In this document: in pieces, positions 47,014-56,592 of the stretch
Layout of the letters: each line of letters starts with the position of its first letter
Numbering within the stretch: the stretch's first letter is position 1
From: Perkinsus olseni
Taxonomy: Eukaryota
NCBI GenBank assembly: GCA_013115125.1
Contig: JABANN010000030.1
Coordinates: 62,001-118,592 of the forward strand
Direction of reading: 5' to 3'
DNA length: 56,592 bases
Notes under the pieces: generated by a model
Seen by the model: the letters and a program-made list of their open reading frames with translations, nothing else
What the model was told of the DNA's origin: nothing
Database searches by the model: none
Made by a program: the position numbers and the translations under genes

Positions 47014-48162
47014 TTGACTCTGTCGATAAAACACGTCATCCCCGCTCTCATTCTTCTAGTAAGGGAAGCTACCAGTAGCGCGACTGGGCCCGACGGATAC
47101 GTCCCAGTTCGTCCCAGCGAGCTCCTCTCTGGTACATACCGCACGGTGGGTCGTATGGGTGGTGGTGGGGGTTTCAATGAACTGTCCTTGCATGTCGAGA
47201 CGTCAGGGGATATTCAGCTCGCTAGGCTCAGCGCTACCGTCAACTCTAGTGATGTGGGGCTGACGGCTATGAGTCCGCTACGTCGAAAGGCCCTCACCCA
47301 CCCCAACTCCGGTGAATTGTGGGGAGTTGCCGTTTATGCGTGCTTCGACTTCCTCATGGAGACCGAGATCGATGCATTTCTTCTCAACTTCGAAGCTCGA
47401 ATGGAACTGGGGTTCGCACTCGATGACATCTTCTTCTGCTGGACTGATAAAGGGTTGGTGTCCGTAGAGAAAGACGCGATAACGAAATTCTTTTCGAAAA
47501 TCCACATCATGCCGATTGTCGTGCTGAATGAACCTCAAGGAGAAACAGGAAGCGCTGAGACGGTGATGGCTCATCCTGACGGCAGCGCTGAAAGGCCCGT
47601 GGAAGTAGCGGAGGAACCACAAACCTCAGTAGAAGCGGAGATTACTAGATCAGCTGCTGAGACGCGTAAGAGACGTGCCTCGGCGAGCACTAGTGAACCA
47701 CTGGAGGAGCCACCAACGAAGATTGTCAGTGTTCAACCCTCCGTGCCACTGGATGGCCAATTCAAGGCTATAAAGCTGGACAGAACTAAATGGACGGCTA
47801 TCGATCTTCGCGTCTACACGGACTCATCCACTCCGGGTCGATCGTGCAACTTGACACTCACGTCGGTGACTGGAGATGTTATCCCGTTCCCCACTGCTCA
47901 ACTCCTACCGACTAAGTACGAGCGCGCACCGTGCTTTGTGATGGGGCCTTCGGTAGAGAACAGCTGGAACTTCAACTTACAGGTTGCTCGGGTGCAGTGG
48001 GTCCTCAATTACACAAGCATTCTGCCTAACTCCTTTTGTATCTGTGGAAAACCGGGAGGAGATTTCTCGACGCCCTATCTAATCTGCCAAGGAGTGAAGC
48101 GAAGAGGCGAGCGGAATGGCCTGAAGTACTTGGGAAAACTGCAACATGTGGACATTTCCTGA
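47014..48162 (+). CDS. Lineage-specific secreted protein, paralog B, lacking an ATG at the homologous start
   Basis: The open frame is homologous to paralog A. TTG at 47014 sits where A has ATG. The signal-like segment is IKHVIPALILLVREATSS. Confidence 0.7.
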   Translation: MTLSIKHVIPALILLVREATSSATGPDGYVPVRPSELLSGTYRTVGRMGGGGGFNELSLHVETSGDIQLARLSATVNSSDVGLTAMSPLRRKALTHPNSGELWGVAVYACFDFLMETEIDAFLLNFEARMELGFALDDIFFCWTDKGLVSVEKDAITKFFSKIHIMPIVVLNEPQGETGSAETVMAHPDGSAERPVEVAEEPQTSVEAEITRSAAETRKRRASASTSEPLEEPPTKIVSVQPSVPLDGQFKAIKLDRTKWTAIDLRVYTDSSTPGRSCNLTLTSVTGDVIPFPTAQLLPTKYERAPCFVMGPSVENSWNFNLQVARVQWVLNYTSILPNSFCICGKPGGDFSTPYLICQGVKRRGERNGLKYLGKLQHVDIS

Positions 48163-48870
48163 TTACTTGCCGACGTCGCAAGCGTGCTGTTGGTGTGTTG
48201 AACTGCTACTAGCGGCTCATGAGAGAGCCACTGTAGTGTGATGAACTGTCTTCTGACCTAGCGAGCCACCCTCATCATTCACCCATGTTCAATGTCCTTG
48301 ATTGTGAGTCGTTGTTTAGAGCCTTCGGTTGCCTTGCGTTCAGTGTGAGTTGGAACTGGGCCAGCCGGGAGTCACTTTTGCGCTGATAATGCGTGCTAAG
48401 GTTGGTAGGAGGCGTGATGGTGGCGGACGAACTCAATTGCGGACTGTATTCTTTGTAGCTATCCTCTACTCCATCTCGAAATAAGCCTCTCGGGGACGAT
48501 AATATGGCGAATTCCTAGGAAGAAGCCGTATCATACTTGTCCCTGCATCGATCTCAGGAATCCGTTCCTCCTCGATAATGCTGCTCTTCCCCGTTCTTAC
48601 AGGTTGGATCTCTTTCTTGCCACACAGTTCACCACAGCCCGTTCTTGAATCTGTGCTCCTCGGGGCCGCCTTTTCCGATCGTTGGAGCTCAGGGCAAGCT
48701 CGGAGTTCCCGATCTCTCCTCTTCCCACCTGTCACTTGCCCTGGAGGCACTGATGAGCACAGAGTGATCGCGAACTGCATGCTTGCTATCGTCGAGGGGT
48801 GTGTTGCGTCTAGTTGTGGGAGGGCTGGTCAATGGACCTGAATTGATCGTCTGCTGTTTTACGCTTGTGA

Positions 48871-50490
48871 ATGTCAACATGCTCGATTTGTATGGACCCT
48901 GTGGGGGCAGTTGGTCCCCATGGTGAGGTGCCACAGCTGGTGGCCACTGATTGCAAGCACGTTTACCATGAGCAATGCTTGAGTCAGTGGATGAAGAGGT
49001 ATGATGCCTCTCATTCTTCTACCCCGATTCCGCTCATTGTTTCCAGCATACAGAGCGGCCCAGCCTCGCCGATGGTCAAATGAGAGGAAGTCGCTCCAAT
49101 TTTCGCTCTTTTTCCCCTCCGCTGGACTTCAAGGGAGGGCGTGGGCACTCCTCGAAACTCTCTCGGACAACGCTGACGCTTTTTAGGCGTCCACGGCCGG
49201 TTTCTCAGGTCGCCGACCTGTCCCGAATGTAAGGCAGAGCAGAAGAACAAGCCCGTACGGCTGAAGCCGGAAGTGCAGAGCTTAGAGGACCACCTGCTGC
49301 CGCATGACCCTGACACTGTTGCCAGGCTGCAGGCGGATATTGCTGATATTGAACGGGAGAATGAGAAGCTCGAGGAGCGCGTTGAGGGTGTAGAGTCGGT
49401 AACGGAGAGTCTCACGGAGGAGTGCGAGGCCGCGGAAGGGGAGTTGGAGCGGCTGAGAGCTTCTCTTAGGAGAGCTAAGCGAGAGAAGCAGTCCGCGGAG
49501 GAGAGGATGTACACGGTAGAACAGGAAATGCAGATGAAGCTGGAAGAACTTCGGAGTATACAGGGCGCTGTGCGCGAAGACATGCCTGTGAGGGAGCCTC
49601 GCCCCGAGGTGAAGCGGCTGAGAGATGGTATTGTTAGTAATAGGAATATCGACGTGCTGTTGCGGGCTGTGGAGCAGGAGTGGCACCAACTGTTAGAGTC
49701 CTACCGGCGGCCTGAGGAGGACCTGGAGGTTCTCACCGCTGAACTTAACGCAGTGGAAGAGGAGCTACAGGAGGCCCGGGCGAATTGCCGCAGCCCAGTG
49801 GCGAAGAGGAAGAAGGTGGGGCTAACAGCACACGAGCGTGTCATGAGGAGAGGCCTTGAGAGGCAGCTGACTGGCAGTCGAGAGCAGAGCGTCTTGCAGA
49901 GGATGAGGACGCTGGCAGGGGGAGACGCACGGCAGCAGCAGCCGAAGGAGTCTCAGCCGTCACTCCAGCCGAACCCTGGGGTACTGCAGAGGCATGCTAC
50001 TCGGGTCATGGGGGCGTCGCAGTTGAGCGAAGTGTTGCAGCCAGCAGCAGCGCCTCTGCCGAAGCTGCGGCGAACCGCGACGGAAGAGACGGGAAGCTCA
50101 GAGACCTGCCCCCTCGAGGATCTGCTGGGGAATTTATTGGAGGTGGAAGAGGCCCAACCCTCTGCGCCCGCTAAGGCGAGAGCTGAGCAGAGCGTTAGTG
50201 CACCCAGCGCTGCCAACAATCGACGGAATCACCTCGTCCTGGGTGATTTGGTGGGCCCTGCAGGCTCGAGTTGCAGCTACCTTCCACAAGGGGCTTCCGG
50301 CCCGTCTTCATCCAGTACGGTGACGGGACCAGTAGTGGAGCTCTCGAGCGACTCGGATGTCGGAGAGGCGGCGCCACGCCCAGCCAAGGCGCCCTTGAAA
50401 CGGCGAAGGGTCGGGGGAAGAGCGGGCAGTAGTCAGCAGAGCCAACGACAAATCACTGACTTCTTCAACTCAGCATCCAGTGGAGGATGA
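48871..50490 (+). CDS. RING-H2 finger and coiled-coil protein with a C-terminal PIP box (TRAIP-like architecture)
   Basis: The RING CSIC...CKHVYHEQCLSQW...CPEC is split by an intron and followed by a long coiled coil. The terminal QRQITDFF fits the PIP consensus Qxx(I/L)xxFF. Confidence 0.75.
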
Positions 50491-50746
50491 GGAGGGCAAT
50501 CGAGCATGTTTATTGTATTATTTATTCTTCCTGATAGCGTCTCGTTAGCTGTTTCTAGCGTCCGGCTCCTCACAATCACGGTGGTGGAGAGGGCGGCCCG
50601 CCCTGATCTCTTTCCACCCAGGCGCTCCCGCGCAGGTTCCTCCCCTTGCTGGTGCCTCTGCGACTATATCCTATCCCGCTTTTACAGGGAGGCAAATCGA
50701 CGGCGATCCTAGAACAGAGTTCCCCAGTCTGTTGACTCTCCTTCTA

Positions 50747-53028
50747 ATGGTGAGAGGTAGCTTCCCGAAGCTAACGGCTGCGCAGATAGTGGAGGTGCTC
50801 AAGGAGGACTTCGCCGTGATAGTCCCACCGAAGCTCAAGGTGGGAGCAGTAGCCTTCCTCTGCAGTCACCCCCAACGGGGATGTCTCAGGCGTCTATCCT
50901 AGCCCTACGACCAGAAGACCTCAGCGCCTGCCCTGCGGAGGTCCTACGTGTCACCTTCGACGCCCTGCTTGTCGGTGCCTTGGACCTCACGGAAGAACAG
51001 CTGAAGTACAGGGTTCAAATCGACGCCCGGCTGCTGGTGATGATGGTCATTGTTCAGTGTACCTGCCGAGTTCCTTGGCCAGCGGGCGGCGCATGAGAGC
51101 ACCACTCCATCCATGCTCATGTCTCGGCAAGTTAAGTGGACCTACGTTTACCTTCTTCGAGCTGCAGAGCATGTGGGCAGTACCCCAGCATTCATGGAGG
51201 GCCAGAGTCGACCTTAGATTCGCTCCGTCTGTCCTCCTGTCGCTATCAGCTCTGTCGTCTCACCCTATGAGGATACCAAGCGAACGAGGATGCTTGTGTC
51301 GGCACTTATCAACTACATAAGGTCAGTCCTTCGCCCATCAGTGCCGTTCATTTTGATTTGGGTAGCTTATCCCCACTGCACGCTAGCTATCCTTACGATA
51401 AGATTGCGTCGAATTACAGCTCCTTTTGATGTCGGAACCCGGCGTTTGTGAATCTTGTGGTCGTCTCGGGTAGAATGCCCTCACGCAGAGGCGCGAGAGT
51501 TGAGGGGAGCTCGATGGCTAGGGCGGCTCAGGTATAAGTACATAGTACTGACGCAGCCTAAGATCAGCAGTATAGAGCAGATGAGGGCGGATGAGGAGGA
51601 TATGCTGATAGAAACGCAGGAGAAGGTTGAACGGAGCAGGCGTGCCTTGTTAGATGTAGTAGATAAGGATGCTATTGGACGGAGAGGCTAGGGCTGGTAG
51701 GTTGAGGCTACTCGGGAGAAGCTCAAGCCAGCCTTAACGAAAGTGAAGCACGATAGGGACGTCCTGGATGAGGAACTTCGTAAGGCCTCCAGTTGGGTTG
51801 TAGTAGGGGGAGGGTCGTGTAGGCACCCTGGGGCAGACCAAGGAAGCGTTGACTACGTCTATTGAGGAGCATGAGAGGGTGAAGGCGGAGCTGACTGCGG
51901 AGTCCAGTGAGAGAAGGCAGGTTATTGAAGCGAAGAAGGAGGAGCTGAAGCACGTAAGGGGCTCTCTCAGCGTAGTGGGCATTGGGAACGTCAGGTGACC
52001 AGCTTGGTGGTTGAGAACCCCGAAAAGGTAGTGGAGAAACATAAGAAATCGGAGGAAAGAGAGGCGGCCCTGCGGAGAACGCTGGACGAGAAGCTGGCGT
52101 AGGGGTGGTCCTGCCTGGGCGGCTGCTGGGTTCTTGACCGTGCCTTTGTGATGGTATTGGCATGTAGGAAGCTATCGGCGGTGAGGGAGAGAACAAGCGA
52201 CTGGCGCGAGACGAACGGCAGGTTTGGGGGCTTGATGAAGAAGGCTCGGGGAATTCGGGCGGATAGGGCGAAGATGGAGGAGGTAGGACACGAAGGTCGT
52301 GGGTTCGATCCCTGCCTGCCGTGTTATCGCTGCGTAATTGTCCACAAGCAGACGTTACGGACTCTGGAGGACAGGCGAACTAACGATGCTGATATCTCGG
52401 CAGTGATGAGGGACGCCGGGAAGTTGAAGGAGGAGGCGGCCCATCGAAGTGCGCCGAGAAATTCTCGTCGCGGAAGAGTCGCTTCTCGTCCTGCTCAGTC
52501 GCGAAGCTGAATGCACAGCGGCAGGCATTCTCGGCCAAGGAAGCGGAGCCGAATCCTCAGCACGAGGCGCGCATGAACGAGTGAGCTTATCTAATTACTG
52601 TTTATGCTGAACGGGGGTGGAGATAGTGCGGTTTCAGCCTGCTGTCACGAGTGTCAGAGCGGGAGAAGCGGCTAGCGCGCGAAGCACAGGCCTGGAAGGC
52701 GGAGCTGGGCGAGCTGAATGGCAAGAAGAGAACGGCTGAGGAGCAGAGAAGAATGGCGGAGAAGCGGGCGAAGCATGACAGAGTGTAATTGGGGACAGTG
52801 GCTCTGTTACTGCAATGTCACTACGTGGACAGTACGAAGAGTTCCCTCGGCCAATTCATCTTTGCTCGAACAAATCTGAAAGGCAGTGCGGCAGACCTGG
52901 ACGATACGCTGGCCCAGTTCTCCTCTCATTTCAGTGCGAGGGCGAAGCTTGTGGAATTAGGGAAGAGATTCGTGGCTGAATTCACAGCGGCGCTGCCAGG
53001 GGAGGGTCAGACGGTATCCGCTCAATAG
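50747..53028 (+). CDS. NUF2: NUF2-like kinetochore protein, many introns
   Basis: The N-terminal SFPKLTAAQIVEVL and the internal KRTRMLVSALINY resemble the Nuf2 CH-domain signature. Long coiled-coil exons follow. Confidence 0.7.
52292..52323 (+). pseudogene. tRNA T-arm relic inside a probable NUF2 intron (52283-52351)
   Basis: GA-AGGTC-GTGGG-TTCGATC-CCTGC-CTGCCGT-G has a variable loop, a paired T-stem and a consensus B-box. Confidence 0.45.
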
Positions 53029-53217
53029 TCGGGAGCTTCTTCTCAACATGCATGGGACAATGAATTAGCTGCAAGAAGGATGCAGCATTCAAATAATTTT
53101 CGATCCATAAGTATATCTTGGCTTGTGTTATCAGTGCAAGGAAAAGCGTTCCCATGGGAGCATTGCTGTGCCCTCTTCGACTGCGGCTGACTAGGAATCC
53201 CTCGAAGTGCTTTTCCA

Positions 53218-55530
53218 ATGTTTTGCGTCACGGTGCGAGCTTTTTCGACCGCTGCCGGTAACGTGGCATCACTGGACTCAATCGGGTTCTTGTCGCATAG
53301 CATGAAGAACGCCTTGCGGGCGATGGGATTCGCTGGACTCACTCGCATTCAGGAGAAGTCCTTCGAACCTATTATCAAGTAGGGTCACCTTCCTCGGTGA
53401 TTGGGTCGCTCTCTCTGTTGCGTGGTTCTTCGTCTGTCCGGATAAGTAGAGCTTAGGCGTATGTAGCTGTTTCATTGTGTTCCCTGATTCGAACGCCAGC
53501 TCCAGAATTCAGTTCAGTTTTAATCAAGCTGGTTTAGCTTAGTGGTAGAGGGTCAGTCTTGTAAACTGAAGGTCGGCGGTTCGATCCCGCCATCCGGCTC
53601 CGTCTAATTTGACTCCTTTATGTCAGGGGGCAATCTTTCATTGGTCGGGCCCGGACTGGTACCGGCAAGACCCTTGCATACTTGCTGCCGATAACGGAAC
53701 GGTTGCGAAACGAACGCTTCTCCGGTCCAGGAGCAGCTCTCGTTGTACTTCCATCCAGGGAACTGAGTCGGCAAGTACTGGAGTTTATCTTCTGAGAGCT
53801 GAGCAGTCACCGCCTAGCCTCTCAGGTAGCATCGGTTCTGTTGTCTCTATTACCCCAGGCTACAGTCGTTTTAGCAACTGGAGGACACGGCAATATGAAG
53901 GCTCTCGTGAGAGAGATCGAGAATAGCAACCCCGAGGTCATGAATGACGAATGAGTTCGTAGCGGCTTCTGCTCGACAAGAGATAACAGCTCGCCACCAT
54001 CGTATCATTCCACTGTCAGATTGTTATCGGTACTCCTGGTCGTATAGTGCAGCTGATAACCAACGGAGCGATACCAGTGGGAAAAATACGGATAGTGGTA
54101 CTCGACGAAGCTGACGCTATGCTCAAAGGTGGGCATGGACAGACAGCACCCTGTGGGGGGAAGTCCGTATCAGATGGAACCAAAACGAACGCCCACGTGG
54201 AGTCGCTGTTGGCTCAAGTAAAGCCGTTCTCGCCGCAAACTGTGGTATTCTCGGCCTCGATGTCCGACGCTGTAGTTAGCATGGTAACGGAGACGGGTGG
54301 AACAAACCCAGCTAAGGTGGACCTGGTCGCCAGTGGTTTCAGTAAGACGGGCCGGCGCCCCATGCGTAGCAGCTGTTCATCGTACGACTACGCTCATGGT
54401 GGATCTGAGGTGTCTGATCCCTCTCACGGCGAGCTTCGGACTGCCATTCTGCCTCAGGTTACCGCCAGCCGGCGACGGTCCGATCGACAACTCACAGGAT
54501 GATCCGGCTTCCTGAGCGCGCTAACCTCACTCGGTATCGCGGGCTGTGTCACGTCCTTAGGGGACTCACAGCGGACAGCCAAGCACTCATATTCGCGAAC
54601 ACCACCAAGGAGGCCCTGGCCATCGCCAGGCACCCAGCTGTCGAAGCGCTCGGTGTTAAGCCTTTACATTCGGATATGCCGCAAAGTCAGCGTGACTGGT
54701 TGCTAAACTCCTTCCGCGGTAGACGAATACGTTTCCTGGTCACGACCGATTTGCTCAGCCGTGGAATTGACCTGCCTGGCCTTCAGTACGTCGTCCTCTT
54801 CCGGCCACCCGAAGATCCTACGGGGTATATACACAGAGCTGGGAGAACCGGAAGGGCCGGCGAGGGGGGTGAGGTCATCACCTTGTATGACAAAGGAGAC
54901 TGGCCGATGATGCAAAAAATCATGGAAGCGACTAAGCAGAACTTCGAGAACAGCAGCCTCCCTACTGAAGAGGAGTTAAGATCGCACGCTTACGCGGCTG
55001 TCGCGACTGAAATCTTATCGGTACCGTCCAGCTCCTGGAAGTGTCTCGAAGAAACCGCCAGAGAGTTGGTGGTAGAGGGGAAGGCGAGAGAAGTGCTAGC
55101 AAGAGTCGTGTCGCTGTTGAACACAGATGCTCAGCTGCAGCCGAAAAAGAGTAGAGTCTCCCTGTATTCTGGGGTGCCCGACTTCACAGCCGTCTTGATC
55201 TCTGATTTTGATCATACGCTGTATCCATCGGTGGATGCCCTCAAATCTCGCGTACCGTGTCCGCTTGAGAGAGTGAGGAAAGCCGAGGCGGGCTGGGTTG
55301 CCGATGTCCCGAACGCTAGTGTCGATTACTTGATCAAGTCTGGCGGTGTGGAGGTTAATATTTTGGATCGAGTCCCCAAGACCTTCGACGCGGAGAAGAC
55401 GAAGAAGGCGAAAGGGAGAGGAGTACCGTGGCGGCATGCACGGGAGCTGACGAAATTGAGGGCCGCTAAAGCCCGGCATAAGCGAGAGGCTCGGAGAAGT
55501 GCACAGCGAGAGGGGATGCGGATGTCATGA
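53218..55530 (+). CDS. DEAD-box RNA helicase (DDX21/RH3-like, probably organellar), multi-exon
   Basis: Motifs: Q motif GFAGLTRIQ, motif I ARTGTGKT, PSREL, GTPGR, DEAD, SAS, TDLLSRGIDL and HRAGRTGRAG. The C-terminus is basic. Confidence 0.92.
53528..53599 (+). tRNA. tRNA-Thr (anticodon TGT), within intron 1 of the DEAD-box helicase
   Basis: The sequence is GCTGGTTTAGCTTAGTGGTAGAGGGTCAGTCTTGTAAACTGAAGGTCGGCGGTTCGATCCCGCCATCCGGCT. The anticodon and T stems are perfect. There is one mismatch in the acceptor stem and one in the D stem. Confidence 0.88.
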
Positions 55531-55697
55531 CGTTTCTGTAAGGGGCTTCGCTGGTTGCGTTGCTGTGATTCCGGATCATACCGCTACTCTCCCTAAAACA
55601 GTGCGGCTTGAATCACTGTTCTGACTTATTCGCTAGTCGCCTCACACTTTACATAAGCTGTAGCACGCAAGCACAAGATAGAGTGGTATACCTCTCA

Positions 55698-56592
55698 ATG
55701 GCTGAGTTCAAGCTCCATTATTTCGACGCTCCTGGTGCCGCCGAGCCTATTAGGATTGCTTTTGCCGTGTCAGGTGAGTTTGGTACTTTCTAGTCAGTTC
55801 CTTGCCCCTTGGTTGTAAATACTCGATGTAGCATGAGGTCACGCATACGTCTCAATGTGATTTAATCAGTAGTTGATAAGCAGCGCTCGATGTTCTTTAG
55901 GTATTCCCTTCGACGATTGTCGAATTCCTCTTGCTGAGTTTCCTGCTAAGAAGGCCGAGTTCCCTCTCGGCCAAGTCCCTGTCTTGGAGCTGAAGGATGG
56001 AACCATGATAACTCAGGCATTCGCCATTCTTCGTTACGTCGGATCTGTGAGTCGTCATTGATGTGGTTTCCATTGATCGCATGGTGAAAGCGATTCTTCC
56101 CAGTTGAACCCTTCGGTCGGCCTTTACCCCCAGTCCGACCTGTTGCAACGGCTTCGTATTGACGAGCTCATGGATATGATTAGGGACATCCATGTGAAGA
56201 CAGCTGCTTCCATGAAGATGGACGAGGAGATGAAGATGCAAACTCGCAAGGTGCTCCACTCTTGATGGTGTGCTCCATCGGCTAAGTTGAGCCGTGATTA
56301 TTCGCAGGCTCTCGCTGAAGAAGAAATCCCGTTTGTGTTCAGCAAGGTGAACGAAATGATTGGTGATAAGAAGTTCGCCGCTGGTGATGAGATGACCATT
56401 GCCGATCTGGTAAGTGCGCGGTTTCTCTTGTCCTTGCGGTGCATATGTAGCGTAATTCGGTCATATCGGATGTACCTTTAGGCACTAAACAACATGATGG
56501 AGGTCTTCACCAGCGGCTGTACAGGGTGTTCCAATTCGATATGCAAATCACAAAAATCAGTCTAATTCAGCACATACTACGTGTTTGAGGCT
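55698..56592 (+). CDS. Glutathione S-transferase (sigma-like), multi-exon, 3' end probably outside the window
   Basis: MAEFKLHYFDAPGAAEPIRIAF, FPLGQVPVLE..GTMITQAFAILRYVG and FAAGDEMTIADL are GST N- and C-domain motifs. Confidence 0.93.

Noticed and set aside
1-56592. Spliced-leader RNA gene or relic leader sequence (CCGTAGCCAT(C/T)TTGGCTCAAG-like)
   Set aside because: No convincing match was seen by eye on either strand. A computational search is needed to exclude degenerate copies.

Overview
This is gene-dense eukaryotic nuclear DNA with many short (about 40-70 nt) GT-AG introns and some probable GC-AG introns. The style suggests a myzozoan alveolate, probably Perkinsus; that assignment is inference from gene structure and protein content. 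Recognisable genes are two tandem inward-rectifier K+ channels, LSm6, a Hedgehog-type Hint/Hog protein, a lipase maturation factor, a CCDC153/DRC12-like coiled-coil protein, a Pho84/PHT1-like MFS transporter, RNA polymerase I subunit RPA2, Rad4/XPC, a DNAJC11-like protein, a RING protein with a PIP box, a NUF2-like protein, a DEAD-box helicase and a GST. There are also several probable mitochondrial helical-repeat proteins and two paralogous secreted proteins, one carrying a 10 x 42-bp repeat. Three tRNA genes are present (Arg-TCG, Glu-CTC, and Thr-TGT inside an intron), plus several tRNA 3'-half relics. The most striking item is one uninterrupted 1090-aa ORF (35245-38517, minus strand). It fuses a signal peptide, an ERO1 oxidoreductin domain, a soluble FAD fumarate reductase (Osm1/flavocytochrome c type), a cytochrome b5 domain and a C-terminal DDEL. 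This is a candidate single-chain, oxygen-independent disulfide-forming enzyme of the ER. Exon boundaries were read by eye and no database search was run.
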